Origin: Podarcis liolepis
Taxonomy: Eukaryota
Assembly: GCA_965112155.1 (NCBI GenBank)
Contig: OZ218109.1
Direction: 5' to 3' (one strand)
Length of the DNA stretch: 64,000 bases
In this document: one piece after another, positions 12,016-26,054 of the stretch
How the letters are laid out: the number at the start of each line of letters is the position of its first letter
Position numbering within the stretch: position 1 is the first letter of the stretch
Translations under genes and position numbers: made by a program
Notes under the pieces: model-generated
Database searches by the model: none
Told to the model about the DNA's origin: nothing
The model's input: the letters and a program-made list of their open reading frames with translations, nothing else

Positions 12016-14063
12016 TTCAGAACTATTAAAATCCAATGGGAATTTCCGATGGACTCTGATAGGACTCGCACTTTAAAATGCATTGGTGGTGGTGCGTGTA
12101 TGCGCAGTTGCCTGGGGGGGGGGAATGTGCGCCCGCATTCACCTGATGCATCTGCCAGCCAACGATATTCAATGGGGGAAATGTGGTTGATAATTCAAGA
12201 TGAAATACAACGTGCATTACTCTTTGAAAAGAGGGATTTTCTATCCTTTCCTCGGTAATTGAGGTCATTCAACCACTAGAGTTCACCTGGAGTCCATACT
12301 ATGATACACGCCTAACTCAAAGCTATTTTATCTTTTGTGTTGATAGTCAAGATCTTGGCTATAACATTGACATCAAACTCTGTCTGGGCGCATGACTAAG
12401 AGTGGCGCACAACGTAAACTTTTGACCCTCAACTTTTTGACCTAGAGTTGTTACGCCCTAACCACAGAGATATACAAAAGCGGAGCAGCCCCTATCTCCG
12501 TAAAAGAATCTCCAGCTCTCTTGTTTGTTGCCATCAAGCCTTGACTGTTTCCCTTTTCGCTAAGATTTTAAGGGAATGCAGTTTCTGCATGGCTGTTTGT
12601 TTGGGGTTTTTTTTAAAAAAAGAGCAGCCTCAACGGCTTTCAACACTGAAACCGAATTCCAAAATCAAACGCAATGCCCAGACACCAGCGTGGGAGATTA
12701 ACTAGATTATACTGAAAGGAGCGATGTGCTTTCCAATGGTAGATGTGTAAATTCTGGATGCGAAGTGACCGGGCAATTTATCCAGGCTGGCCATTGTGCC
12801 ATCTTATTTATTTAATAAAGACCCTGATCCAAGGGAGTCGAGAAGCCTTGCCCACGGAGAAAGCAAGTTGACTGTGAACTTGGTCTAAAGCGAGCTCTGC
12901 TGGCGAGTTCTGGAGTCTGCAGATTTATCTTAGTTTCTGCATTTACTTAACCTGGCAATGAACTGCGAGGGCTGCCATTTATTATCCAGAGACAGGCTTC
13001 ACCTCGAGCAAGGACTGCTTCACAAAAACTGCAATAATTACCCAATAACCTTCATAACAAATATTATTATTGAAAAGCCCATTTCAGAGGGTTATGTGGA
13101 GAAGGAAAAGAAGGGGACAGGCTGCCTGGGAAGAGACGCCCTTTGGAAAACATGGTGTCTTTCTCTCTGAGATCACAGTGCATTGTTTGCGTCCAATATG
13201 CAAACCATACGGCCCTGTGATTGTGGAGGAGCTGTTTTCGAGAAGCGCTAGCCGCCAGGGAAACTACTAGGATTTTGGAGAATCGTGAAAACAAAGCCTG
13301 CGAAAAATAGAGGTTATATGATCAGAGTGGATAGAAAGAACAAAAAACTCCCAAAGGCCGAATTATACAGATCAGAAAATCAGATGAAAAAGGGGAAGAA
13401 AGAGAGGGATTACAGGAAAGATGCAGTCCAAGTGCTTATGTCCTCGATATTAGAATGTAATGTTGAAAGCTGGACAGATAAGGTAGAAAACGCTTGCAAT
13501 TTCACTCTTTTGAAGACAAGGAAATTAATTCGTTAAGATAACGCCACTAATAATTTTCCCATGATGCTTTGTAGTGAGGTGCACGCGCAAACCATCGAAT
13601 CATGTGACTTAGAAAAGCCATCTTACGCTTTAAAGAAAGTGAAGTCTTCCGACGCCTTTGCTATATACACACGCACCCTTGTCTAACCTTTAATGGCGCT
13701 GGTGCTTACATCTGGGCCAGCGAAGTACTTCTAAGGTTCAGAATTGCTGGCGGTAATTTAAGTAAAATAAACCACACAGTTGTCAGAGAAAGAAAGTAAC
13801 AGTGATACGACAGTCATCACCATCAGATATACTTGCACTAAATACACATACAATATTATTTTAAAATGGGCTTTACATTCCGGAGTTTCGTGTGGATGTG
13901 TTTTGCCTAGGTTATTCGGTAGAGTGTTTCAAGGTGGCATGACAGAAAACTAGAAATATTTTTAAATAGTGACAATTCCCATAGTTATTCGCATGCTCCA
14001 TGAATTCATCTTGTGTTTAGGGGTTGGCTTTTTTTGTTTTGTTTTTTGTGCGTGAGGAATTTT

Positions 14064-14135
14064 GCCTACTCAGAAGAAAGTCTCGTTGAGTTCAATGGGA
14101 TTCACTCCCAGGGAAGTGAGTATAGAATTGCAGCC
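14064..14135. mobile_element. MITE-like repeat copy
   Basis: CCTACTCAGAAG...TTGAGTTCAATGGGATTCACTCCCAGG...TAGAATTGCAGCC; same family. Confidence 0.6.
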
Positions 14136-17100
14136 TGAATGACATTGTTCACAAAGCTGTATGTGTTTCACTGGCTAGTATCCATTCAGTCAACTAGCAA
14201 TCAGAAGGCTGGATCGCTAGATAGCCACGGTAAGAGTTAAATAAGCATTCAGCTCAATGAATTGTTTTCCCCCAGTTACAAAATCAGACGGCATCAGGAT
14301 TTCCCTACTCCATTCCTGAATTCTTTTGAATTAAATCCAACAGACTTCAGTACGATTTTCTTCTGCCTAGGTATGGAGCAGAATGACCACAACCTTCAGA
14401 TGGTCTCATCCAAGACGGTGAGATCACATCCAGCCCCGAATGAGCTTAAACTGTACCTTGTTTTTCACTAAGAAACAGAAGCTAAAGTTCAGTTCATGTA
14501 AACTGAAGTAGATTAGCACCTGGATTTCAGTGATATTTCACTTAGGGAAATATCCCCTTGAAAGCGTGGACTCGAATTTCCCAATAAATACTTTAGGAGT
14601 CCAACAATAGTCCCGTTGGATGTTGTTGTTTTTTAAAAAAGTGTAAAATCAGGTCCTTCCCTTAACTGGATTATGGATTTGTAATTCAGCCATCTGTTTC
14701 TATTTAGCAGATATGCATTATATTTAAATCCTTATTTTTTCTACTGAAAAAAATCTAGTCATAGTTTCAGACACGTGTATACGCATTGCTAACTATTTAA
14801 GGTGTAGGGAAGTAAATACCATGAAAATGCCAGCTACTATTAGCATTCGGTTCTGTGTGATTAATTCTGCCACATAGGCTTGGACTAAATGTATAATTAA
14901 AAACTGCTCCTCCCCACCCAGTTTATTGCATTGCTAGCGTATCCATCTGTATTCAGGGAAATGTATAAAAAAATATTTGAAGTCTTAAAATATATATTCA
15001 CTTATTGCTGCAAGTTTCTCAGTCTTCTAAGGTTACCCACCTATACACAAGAAAAAAGATCCTTCATCAGAATATCTCTTTCCAAACAGCCACTAGGACA
15101 AGGCACGCTTATGTTATATTACGCTATTATATTTTCTGACAACACTGTCTTTTCCTCTGATGTCCAAAGCGATATAAGAGTGGGAAAGCATATTCTAGAA
15201 CCCCACACGCTGATAACAATCTGTTGTTGTTTTTTTAAAAGGCAGGAATTGGGGTGAGATCGTTTCAAACCTCACGTGGGGTCACCTCAATGTATGAGCC
15301 CATTTGTACGGGCCCCTCTTACTTTCTTCTTCAAAAAGACTAGGGTCCTATCTTGCCAATTCTTGGTCACCTGCACGGCTTTTAGCTACAAGGCGCTCCA
15401 AAGATACAACTGATAAGACTTAAAAGCTGCTCGTGTGAGCAAGGATTTCCAGGATTTGGCTCTGGCAGTACAAAGAAGCTGAGAAGAAAGAAAAGGAAAT
15501 AACAAAACAAAACAAAAAGAAGAAGGGCAGTGGAAAAAGGGATGCTCTTTCACGCTCTCTTTCAACCCTGGAAATTCAAAGACTTAAAGTTGAATCCGGT
15601 CATAAAGTTTATTGCTGAGTAATCACACTCTAGTGAGAAGAGTCTACTTAAATAGGAAAAAAGAATGTTGAAATAAACAGGCAGCTGGGGCCTACCCTGC
15701 AATTCCCAGCCAGTAATGTGTGTATGTAGATATATATATGGATATCTATATAAATGGGGTTATTTACTATCGCCTATAAACCTATACGTATTGTCCTTCA
15801 TAATTCCAAGCACTCCAATGGCACGTAGAATCTCCTGTAAAAGTTACAGTCAGTTTGTTCCTTCATGGGAAGAGATAAAGGAACCAGCGGGAAATGAAGG
15901 CACTGGGGTTGTGGGGAATCTACGGTAAGGGTGTAAATTGCGTATATATACACTCTATGTACACACAGAGAGGGACACACGAGAGAGATGGAGGTACGTA
16001 GGGGTAATTATGGAGGAGAGATAAGTCTCAAAGAACCTTAACCACGTAAAAAGTCAAGACTTGGAGCGCACCTTCCTTGTCTTTTAGAGACGATAAGTTG
16101 GAAAACTTATTTTGGAAAACCTACGACTGCGTCAATTCCACACACATCCCGCCCCGCAAAGACAGGGATGACCAGTCTACAGACATAGCCAGATCTATGT
16201 TCCTTTCATTAAAATATATTTTTTTAAAAAAAAAGTCGCCTGCGGACTCTCTGCTCCCTCAATAAACAAAATCACTGGGCACGGAAAAGCAAAGGAAGTC
16301 ATTATCATTTGCCGTAGTCAAAGTAATTAAAGTTAGGCCTCAAAATCCATCTCTGCCAAAGTCGCTTATTGTGGTTTGCCTGGATTTGAAGGATAAAATT
16401 TTAAAAAGGAGAGGTTAGATAAAAATGGGGAGGAGGGACAAGGGCCCCCTACCCACTGTAACCTGCGCCTTTCCAAATATTATTTCTTCCCTTCCGAATC
16501 AAAGGGGCAGCGTTAAGAAGGAGCCAGGCAACGAGAGGCGAGCTCTTCACTGTACAAATAAACTTAAGCAACTTGTGCACGAAACTTACCTTAACTTGCA
16601 ATGAGCCATTTTTTCAGAGAGTATTTGAGAACTTGGGTTAATGGATACTTCTGTACCTAAACCTGACAATTTGAATGGCCAGGAGGCGCACGTAGCCTGC
16701 AAAAGAGTCAAATGAAGTCCATCGTCAGTGCGATTATATGTTATGTGGTATATAATGTTGGATGACAACTCCCCAAAACCATAAAACTTACTTTAATGGC
16801 ACCACGTGACTTTTTATAGCNNNNNNNNNNNNNNNNNNNNNNNNNNNNNNNNNNNNNNNNNNNNNNNNNNNNNNNNNNNNNNNNNNNNNNNNNNNNNNNN
16901 NNNNNNNNNNNNNNNNNNNNNNNNNNNNNNNNNNNNNNNNNNNNNNNNNNNNNNNNNNNNATCAATGTAAAGCCGTCTGTAAATGTGCAAAGCTTTAGTT
17001 GCGCTTAGAAGCTCGGGAGAGTTAACCATTCAAGCCCTGGTGTGGGTAAGTAACGTTACATTTCCTAGCAAAAAAAAAAGAGTAGCTGTAGCGAAAATAA

Positions 17101-17719
17101 ATAAATAAATGTTATGTCGAAGGGTGGAATTTATCCCCACCCGCTCAACAACAGCCACAAAACCCTTCCCCAATACCTTTTTGTAAGAGTGCAGAATAAG
17201 AAGGTGGATGTATCTGGTTTATTTAAATACTTCCCCCCCCCCCCCATGTTGGACTGGTGCTCACAGATGCAAGACCTTTCTGGCAGGTCTAGCTTTCTTT
17301 AACTTATGAGGATGAACCGATGGAGATAGTATAAAGCAAGTTCTGGAGATGATAATGTTGTTGAAGAAAGGACAGTCTTCTTCTTCTTCTTTTTTTCCTC
17401 CCCAGCCAAGAAAGAGCAGAAGTTTGGGGCATTCCTTCTCCCTCCCACCCCACTTCCAAGACAAGGAGTTGGCTGAGGGTCTGTTATTGTGAGCCCTCCA
17501 TCCAAAGAATAACTTTACAATTCCAAGGGATCTGGGGCAATCGTGTCTGCATCTACTTTTAATTTGGGCTGGGTCCTTCTCCAACTTTGCTCTAGTTAGA
17601 GTGATGAAGCTGAGGGCACCTCCGTTAGGGTAGAAACCAAACTACCCGCAGAAGTAAAAACAAAAACCGGGGGTTTCGATGGGGAAGAAAGAAAAGGGGG
17701 AAACCCTTACAATAGAAAG

Positions 17720-17725
17720 TTTATT
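17720..17725 (-). terminator. Candidate poly(A) signal for HOXA5
   Basis: AATAAA about 1.1 kb after the stop codon, followed by a U/GU-rich tract. Confidence 0.55.
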
Positions 17726-18828
17726 TTTTTCCAGTCAGTTATTTAAAAAAAAAACAGTTTCTTTTCAAAAGCCGATCACATTATTATTGTTGTTGTTGCT
17801 GCTATTATTATTATTGTTGTTTGCTCAAACAGCCAGACTTTGACTCTATGTGTAACTTTGTTCACCAAAAGAAAGGAAGGAAGCTATAAGAGAGAAGAGG
17901 GGGTGGGAAATACGTTACTGAAGCTGCGCTTAATAAAAAAGCCACTTCTAAGACTTCGTGCAAAGAGAGTCATATACAAAGGCACAAGCAAAGGACATAC
18001 TGTCTGGAATCACAGTTTTCGTCACAGATTCACTATTCACTACACGTTAGGACACGTTCCGTTTTTGTATTTCGTCATATTCACCTCTACAACAGCCATT
18101 AATGGACACAGGGAAATAAGATAGGTCGTTTCTGATCGGAAATCTCGGCCACAGCTTGGAGCTATACAGACACTGACACGTTTTGAACACACATGCACAG
18201 CAAAGCACAGCGAGTGCAACACACACAGAGAGAGAACATTGGGAGTCAAACAGGACTTGTAGGGGAGCCAGAAGGGAAGGAATTGAGGGGGGAGCGAACG
18301 AGGGAACAGATCGTCCTCCTTTACTTTTGTGTTTGTCTAGGGTGTCTTCCCCCCCCCCCTCGGTTCCCCCTTCCCACTTTACAGTTACTTCAAGTAACAC
18401 CACTCGCTTCATATAAATAAGTTAAAACATCTACATTGCCCCCCCCCCCCTTCAAGACAAAAGCCATTCAAGACATAAAATGCACGGGAAGCAGATCTAC
18501 TCGTACGTAACACGCGCTAGAGAGAGAGAGAGGAAGAGAGAGACGCGGGCAGGGGCGGGGTGGGGGGGCTTAATTAAAACAGGCTCAGGATGAAATGATG
18601 GGCGAGGGAATCTTCAGCCTCCCAGAGAAGTTGGAGCAAGTCAATGTGGTCTACAGAACGATGGGCAGAAGGAGAGCAGGAGCGGGAAGAGGCTACTGAC
18701 ATTCCACGCAGGGTCAGCTCAATTATAATACTGCTCAGTTACTCGGGTTTTTTTGTTTTGTTTTCTTCCGGGGAAGGAAGAAGGAGAAGGAGCAGCAGCA
18801 GCAGCTTCAGGGCCGGGGGCTTTTCCTC

Positions 18829-19230
<402 letters not shown>

Positions 19231-19737
19231 TCAACAAGTAGCTCCTTCTCCTCTCTCGCTCTCCCCACCCGCATCTATCTCTTCTCCCCTTCCCTCAAAT
19301 AATATCCCGGGCTCTGAATTTGAGCAGCCTCCCCTTTGCCTCTTCTGAGGAATTTTATTTAATCTGGGGAAGACAGGATGGCAGCTCCCTTCTGCACCCC
19401 GATCCTTAATATATTACTACTCGCAAGTAAAAGAAAACAAAACCATTTGGCTTCATGAGAACTTACTTCCTCCTGACAGTATGCTTAGGGTCGTGGGGAA
19501 GTTGTTACTAGAGTGAGTTTTACACAAACATAAACACCCAAACCAAGCACCCTCTGAAGTTCTGGTCCCACTCCTGATCTGAACACACTTTATCTGGGAG
19601 TCAGTGGGAAGAATTTCCAAGTGCACTATGGACTGCAGGACTAAGCCCCCCCAATTGCCCCCCTCCAACCTCCTCTCTTAAGTTTTCCCTCGACTTCCTT
19701 CCCTCCCAGAAAAAAATATTTCACCCCACACCCCCTT

Positions 19738-19741
<4 letters not shown>

Positions 19742-19798
<57 letters not shown>
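19742..19798. repeat. Compound (TC)n(AC)n microsatellite in the HOXA5 intron
   Basis: Direct read. Confidence 0.95.
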
Positions 19799-20272
19799 TT
19801 ATTTACTCAACTTCTTTTTTGATATAATTAGTAACGGTGTTTTTCACTGGACGGTCCTCGTCATAAATTACAAGGACTGACACGCACTATTCAAGATCCC
19901 CCCCTCTCTCTCTCTCACACACACACACGCTTTCCCTCTCTCCCCTCCCCCCAAATTTCAATTACACCTCACAGTCCGGGAGACTTAGAAGAGTTATTAA
20001 AGAGAGCTTGGCTCACCCTACCCCGATTTCCAAAGTCCCACTTGCCTTTTCCAAGAGGGACGGGGTTTGGGGGGGGGCTTTCCTCCGCATAGACCAGAAG
20101 ATCAGACAAGCAGGCAGGCAGAGGAAGACAGAGAGCAAGAGAAAGCACATTTCTTGCCCACCACGTTTCCTCTTTTGCAAACAATCTACCTTCTCTCTCC
20201 CTCGACACACACTGCCCCCCCTCCCCACCCCTCTCTCATACATAGATATTGTAATCCGGGCATGCTTTTTAC

Positions 20273-20960
20273 CATGGCTTATGTGCAGTTTTCTCATCCA
20301 GGGGTAGATCTGGGGCTGTGGCGGCTGTGGAGCTGTGCTTTGGTCGTTCTGCTGGGGATTCGCCTGCTCGCTGCTGGCCGGGGCGTCCTCCTCGGTGCCG
20401 GGCGACGTGCTGAGCCCTTCTCTGCCTAGGTGGTGGGGGTTGTTGCCGGTGCTGCTGGCGCTGCTGCTGGCGCTGGTGCTGCTGCTGCTGCTGGCGCCGC
20501 TGCTGGAAGTGGACGAAGTGCTGCTCGAGTTGGCCGTGGAGTTTTTCACGCTGCCGCCGTGATGAGCGTCGCCGCTGACAGGCGAGGTGGCCGCCGCCAC
20601 GGCAGCGGCGCAGGGCAGAGGGTCAGGCGGAGGCGAGTGAGTGGCCCCCGTGGCCCCCGCCGCCGCCCGGCTGGCGTACCTGGCCTCGGGGGCAGCGCTG
20701 GCGGGGTAGCTGCTGCGAGCCCTCTCCGAGGGGCCCCCTGCCCCAAAGTGGCTGGAAGCCGAGCGGCCGACGCTGAGGTCCATGCCATTGTAGCCGTAGC
20801 CTCCGCCGCCACCGCCGCCGCCGCCGTACCTGCCGGAATGCATGCTGGCGGAGTCCCTGAATTGCTCGCTCACGGCACTGGGATCTCCATAATTATGTAA
20901 CGGGTAGTCCGGGCCATTTGGATAGCGACCGCAAAATGAGTTTACAAAATAAGAGCTCAT
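20273..20960 (-). CDS. HOXA5: Homeobox protein Hox-A5, coding exon 1 (joined CDS 312 aa)
   Basis: [19 protein letters not shown]...[14 protein letters not shown]. Donor G|GTAAAA at 20273/20272; 688 nt, phase 1. Confidence 0.97.
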
Positions 20961-21082
20961 TTGTTTTTTTTGTTGATGATGATTTTTTTGTTGTTGTTGT
21001 TGGTTGGGATTTTTTTGTTGCTTTTTTTTTTGATCGGGGGGCTTGATTTGTGGCTCTTTGCTTCGTTTTTTGGTGCGTCTAT

Positions 21083-21254
21083 NNNNNNNNNNNNNNNNNN
21101 NNNNNNNNNNNNNNNNNNNNNNNNNNNNNNNNNNNNNNNNNNNNNNNNNNNNNNNNNNNNNNNNNNNNNNNNNNNNNNNNNNNNNNNNNNNNNNNNNNNN
21201 NNNNNNNNNNNNNNNNNNNNNNNNNNNNNNNNNNNNNNNNNNNNNNNNNNNNNN
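21083..21254. other. N-block over the HOXA5 proximal promoter/5'UTR (one of six N-blocks)
   Basis: N runs at 1364-1491, 16821-16960, 21083-21254, 36611-36750, 39465-39631 and 47769-47905. Confidence 0.95.
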
Positions 21255-21339
21255 AGTTTGGGTGGATGCTGGAAGGGCTGGGGCGCGCGCACCGGCGCGC
21301 GCACCCGGCCGCCAGCTCGCGACTGTCAGTCGGCCTCGT

Positions 21340-21353
21340 GCGCCACCCTCTGG
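21340..21353 (-). promoter_or_regulatory. Candidate CTCF site, HOXA5|6 boundary
   Basis: CCAGAGGGTGGCGC matches CCASYAGRKGGCRS at 12/14 and sits just upstream of the HOXA5 promoter. Confidence 0.55.
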
Positions 21354-23528
21354 AGGAAAGCGGGATCTTCACCTCCGCAACACCCCCCCCCCCAGCCCCA
21401 GCGAGGGGCTTACTCGCAAGTCTGGGGTCGAATCGAGGTTACAGCCCATTATAGCAAAATTATGGCATCTCTCACACAGTTCCATTAGTATGGACCAATT
21501 TTTAAGGGCTATCGGCTCCAGATCAGAAAACCAGCAAGAATTCAGAAGCATAGGGGAGAAATAATATATTCAACCTTTCCTTTTCAATAAGATTCCTTTT
21601 AATCTTGCACATTCCTTTATTATTTCCTAACATCCCCCATTCTGCTAGAGATTCTTTACAAACAAAAGCTATATAAATAGAGAGAGCCATATATATATAT
21701 ACAGGGGTTTCTTTTGCGGGAGGAAGGGAAAAGACTAATTATTATTGAAGCCAATTAGAGGAAAGCAATAAACCCCAACATTCTAGCAACAATTACTATG
21801 GTGTCCTTTTTTCTCAGGCGCTTGAAAAACCAGGATAAAAGGGGTGGCGGGGGATCGATCGCTGTGCATTTTTAAAGATCAGTGCCGATTTCAAAATTTC
21901 CTTCCGCTGAGCTGTTCTCTAAGCCTCTTTTAAACAGCCTGGAACTAAAAGCAAGCAAACCCCAGTATCATTTTATGACACCATGGCATATTCTCTTCCT
22001 CCCCCACCCAATTTCACAACAACATATATATATATATATATAAGGTTGGTGATCTTTTGAGGGGTAGGTTATCACTGTTTCACTTTTATTAGTATTCAGA
22101 GTCATTGCCCAAAAAGTACACTTTTCATAGTATCGAAAAAGACCTTTGCATTTCCACATATACACAGAGGACGCCAAACACACTTAATCGCATATATAAA
22201 GACACATTTTCACTGTCACTGTTATTTTTAAAGCAAACCGTGCTTGCGCCGGATCCTTCTTCCACACATTCTCAATGAAAGCATAGAATAGTAGCTACAT
22301 TTCGACTTTGCTTCCATCACCATCATAATTTACTGTCGTTGTTTAGAAATTTAACCAAATGTGGAGGAGGGGGGTTGGGGAAACAGCCACGATTCAGTAT
22401 TCTGCCTACTCCTTCAACAGTACACAGAAATCAAAGTTACCCTCGATAGTCAAGTTGTGTTTGTGAGCGTGCATATACATGTGTGTGTACACAAACACAG
22501 ACACACACACACACACTCCTCTAATTCGAACTCTACCCATCTCTGCCTGCCCGGAGATACTTCTCCCTTCACTTGTTGTGCTTTTAATTACAGTATTTTG
22601 AGCTTTGTGGGGGTTTTTTTTAATGCAGGCTTTTGCTAATTAAAACAAAACAGTACGCAAATACGTGGCCATTTTGAAACATCCATAGCGGTTCATCAAC
22701 ACTTCAAGGCTGTACTTAAAAAAAAAAAAACCACAACAGAAAAACGCTTAATCTCATTATTGAAATTTCCCCTTTCCCTCTTTTTCTTTTTGGTGGGGTG
22801 GGATCCTAACTAAATATTTCAATCATATGTACAAGGAAACAGGCTTTTCCTAATCTGTACTGTAATATTTCGGCGCCATAAAGTCGCTATGGTGGCAACT
22901 TTAATCATGGGTCTTTTTATTTTTTGTTTTGTATTTTTTTAAAAAAAATCCGAATGAATGGGCTCAGGTCTGAGGTGAAAAGGAGACGAACAATGGCACC
23001 AATCTATCCCGAGTTAGCAGCGAAGACATAAATAAGACGCATGTACATCTCTGGCCGTCCTAGAATATGGAGGTTTTCCTCTGAGCAAGCGACCGCCGCC
23101 TCCCTCTTTTTTTGTCCCTGGAAGCCATTCCACCAATTTCCAGTCTTTCATATTATCACCGATGCTCCACTTCAAAGTTTGCTTGGTGTGGTTTGGTTTT
23201 TTTAAAGAATCTTGATACCATCTGAAGCATATCCTAACCTACACTTTGGAGACCTGACTATGTACATCACTCCCTTCCATGTCCATTTATCCTACCGATC
23301 CAGAAATTCACAGTTAATTGCAAATATATATAGATATATATAAATAGGTATATATTTTAATCAAGCCTTTGAAAGTCGTCAGAACCATTACAATACGAAT
23401 TATATCTATATATATATATATATTCCTGGAGGAACATAAGAGGGGAGGGGTAAAGGGAGATGTAAAAAGCAACTTAAAGAGAGGGTATGGTGGCAACTCC
23501 ACACACCCGCCTCGTTGTAAGCATTGTT

Positions 23529-23810
<282 letters not shown>

Positions 23811-24187
23811 TCAGTTGAAGAGGCCTTCGTGCTTTCTGTTAACAATGGAGGAAAACTGCTTCGAGCTGCGCTGGTGTGTGTGTGTTTTCCCCCCTCTCTC
23901 CCCCACCCCCAGCCCATATCCCTGCATAGGAAGATATAAGGAGATGCGTGGGGAAAGTTCAGTCCCTTCCTCAACGTTTCCCGGGTTAAATTTTCCCAGG
24001 GGTATCTAAGTTGGTAGCAGAACTTTGGGAAGCCAATGTTCGTATTGACGTCGGGGCTAAAATTCCGCGCTCAACGCGCAGAAAATACTCTCATATGGCA
24101 CGCAAACGGGCACATATGCACACGCTGTGACTGACTCTGTGTGGGGCGTGTAACATTTCTATCTCGCTGTGGCGTCGGCAAAAACTC

Positions 24188-24277
24188 AGGCTGCAATCCT
24201 ATACCCATCTGCCTGGGAGTAAACCCCATGGAACTCAACAGGACCCACTTATAAGTGAACATGCCTAAGATCACGCC
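24188..24277. mobile_element. MITE-like repeat copy in the HOXA6 intron
   Basis: GGCTGCAATCCTATAC...CTGGGAGTAAACCCCATGGAACTCAAC; same family. Confidence 0.65.
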
Positions 24278-24297
24278 GATAGGGTACCTGGGCAGGA

Positions 24298-24414
24298 TCC
24301 GGACAAAGTTAAGCAGCTCCATTGGTTTTCAGAGGCAAACTCGAGCAGGCGCACGTCCTTAACTCTGCTCGATTTAAAATAAGTGCGACCTGAAAGTGCT
24401 TAACTTTGTCTGGA
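24298..24414. mobile_element. Second MITE type with ~18-bp terminal inverted repeats, HOXA6 intron
   Basis: TCCGGACAAAGTTAAGCA ... TGCTTAACTTTGTCTGGA, a 17/18 reverse-complement match, spanning 117 bp. Confidence 0.65.
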
Positions 24415-25463
24415 CCACGACCTTCCATAATAATTAAAGCAACAGATACCAGTATCTGAGCTCATTTATTTGCAAGGCCATCGATTTCAGTAAAGCCTAC
24501 TTTCAAGGAAGTGCTCTTAGGATAACAGCCTAGAAACGAACATAATTACAAAGAAATAAATCCTAGTATGCATTCTTAAAGCAACAAGCCCCCGCCCCAG
24601 CAGTGTTATATTTACTGCAGTGTGGTACCCCCAAAAGAAACAAACTCACAACGGAGAAGGTAAACTTATGTAGGAAAAACCTGAATAAAAATGCGTCGTG
24701 GAGTTTAAATTTTGCATGTCTTTTCCAAACTTCCCCTTTAAGATGGACAAAGGATGAAATTCTGATCCATTGAAATCAATGGGAATTTGGCCATTGATCA
24801 AGTTTCCTCTCTTCCCACCTCCTCCGCCCCCAGTAGATGATTTGTGTGCGTGCACATATTACTGGAAAACGTGCATTCAGTAGCTAATACTTACACACTA
24901 ATGAGTGGGTGAAGGGAGGGGGAAGAGAGGATCTGTCTTGCAAATATATTGAGCAGTCAATACAGAGGGCATATTCCTCTGCATCAGTCTTTGGCTCTCA
25001 GGGAAGCGGGCTTCTTTTAACCATGATTATTTCGTACTGGTAGCAGCAGTAACCACCAGCCAAGCCTACAACGAGCACCAGATCTTAGTACTTTATACCG
25101 AACTGGCTCTCAGGTATGACTGTTGGGCACTGCAACCTTTATCTGCTGACTCAGACTTTAGGCGACCTTTCCTTTAAAATAAATAAATAAATGCATACTT
25201 TTTCAAAGTAGCCCCCCCCACCCGACCTCACCCCGCCCAGCAAAGTGTCAGGATAGAGGAGAACCTGGAGAGGAATCTCAGTCTACCCATTTGCTTGCAG
25301 GTGACACTGGTCTTCATAGATCCAGCTCACCCCCCTGCAAAAACCCCCTCTCATATTCCTCCATCCTCCCCCAAAGCCCTTTATCTCTCTCCCCCCTCAC
25401 CTTCACTTTCACCCTCACTCGCCCGCCCACCCCTTGAGTCTTGCTTGCATCCCTGTGACTTAC

Positions 25464-25914
25464 CAGCGCACGAGTTCATCCTTTGCATCCAAGGATAAAC
25501 AGGGCTGCTGTACTTCCGGTCGCTTCCTTCCTCGTTCAGGATTTTGGCCGGCCCGCTCTCGGGCTTGTACTGCTGGTCAGAAGCAAAGCAGGGCAGATAG
25601 TCCCCAGGGTGGCTGGCCCTTTGCTTGCCACTGCCGGAGGGCGAGGAGGCGCCGCCCAAGTCCTTGTCTGGATAGAAGCAGGAGGCTCCATAGTCATAGG
25701 ATGCCCGGTTGCAGGCGATGACCGTGTTGGTGGACTGTTGATAGAAGCAAGGTGAGGAGTAGGTCTTGTCCTGCAGGCTGCCGGCCCCATAAGAGGCTGG
25801 GAAGTGCCTCAGAGCCTCGTACCCAGCTGGGTAGATGGGGATCTGCCCGAGGAACGACTCCTGCCCATTAGGCAGGCTCCCCGGGAAAGTGGGATTCACA
25901 AAATAGGAACTCAT
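25464..25914 (-). CDS. HOXA6: Homeobox protein Hox-A6, coding exon 1 (joined CDS 235 aa)
   Basis: [15 protein letters not shown]...[15 protein letters not shown]. Donor G|GTAAGT; 451 nt, phase 1. Confidence 0.97.
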
Positions 25915-26040
25915 TGACGCTCCCCAGATCCCGGACCGTGATTTGTTGTGTATTAGTACATCTGGCTATAACTATTAGTAGTCATCGAAGTGGTTTGTTT
26001 CTGGATGGCCGAGCGCCAAAAGCGACAGCAGCAAATAGCA

Positions 26041-26054
26041 CCAGCTGATGGCTC
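26041..26054 (+). promoter_or_regulatory. Candidate CTCF site, HOXA6|7 (opposite orientation)
   Basis: CCAGCTGATGGCTC matches the consensus at 12/14 and lies upstream of the HOXA6 ATG. Confidence 0.45.

Noticed and set aside
6340-17700. Possible mir-10 hairpin between HOXA4 and HOXA5
   Set aside because: I saw no match to UACCCUGUAGA on the minus strand. A weak star-like resemblance near 8215 is on the wrong strand and has no hairpin. Absence is normal for amniote HoxA.
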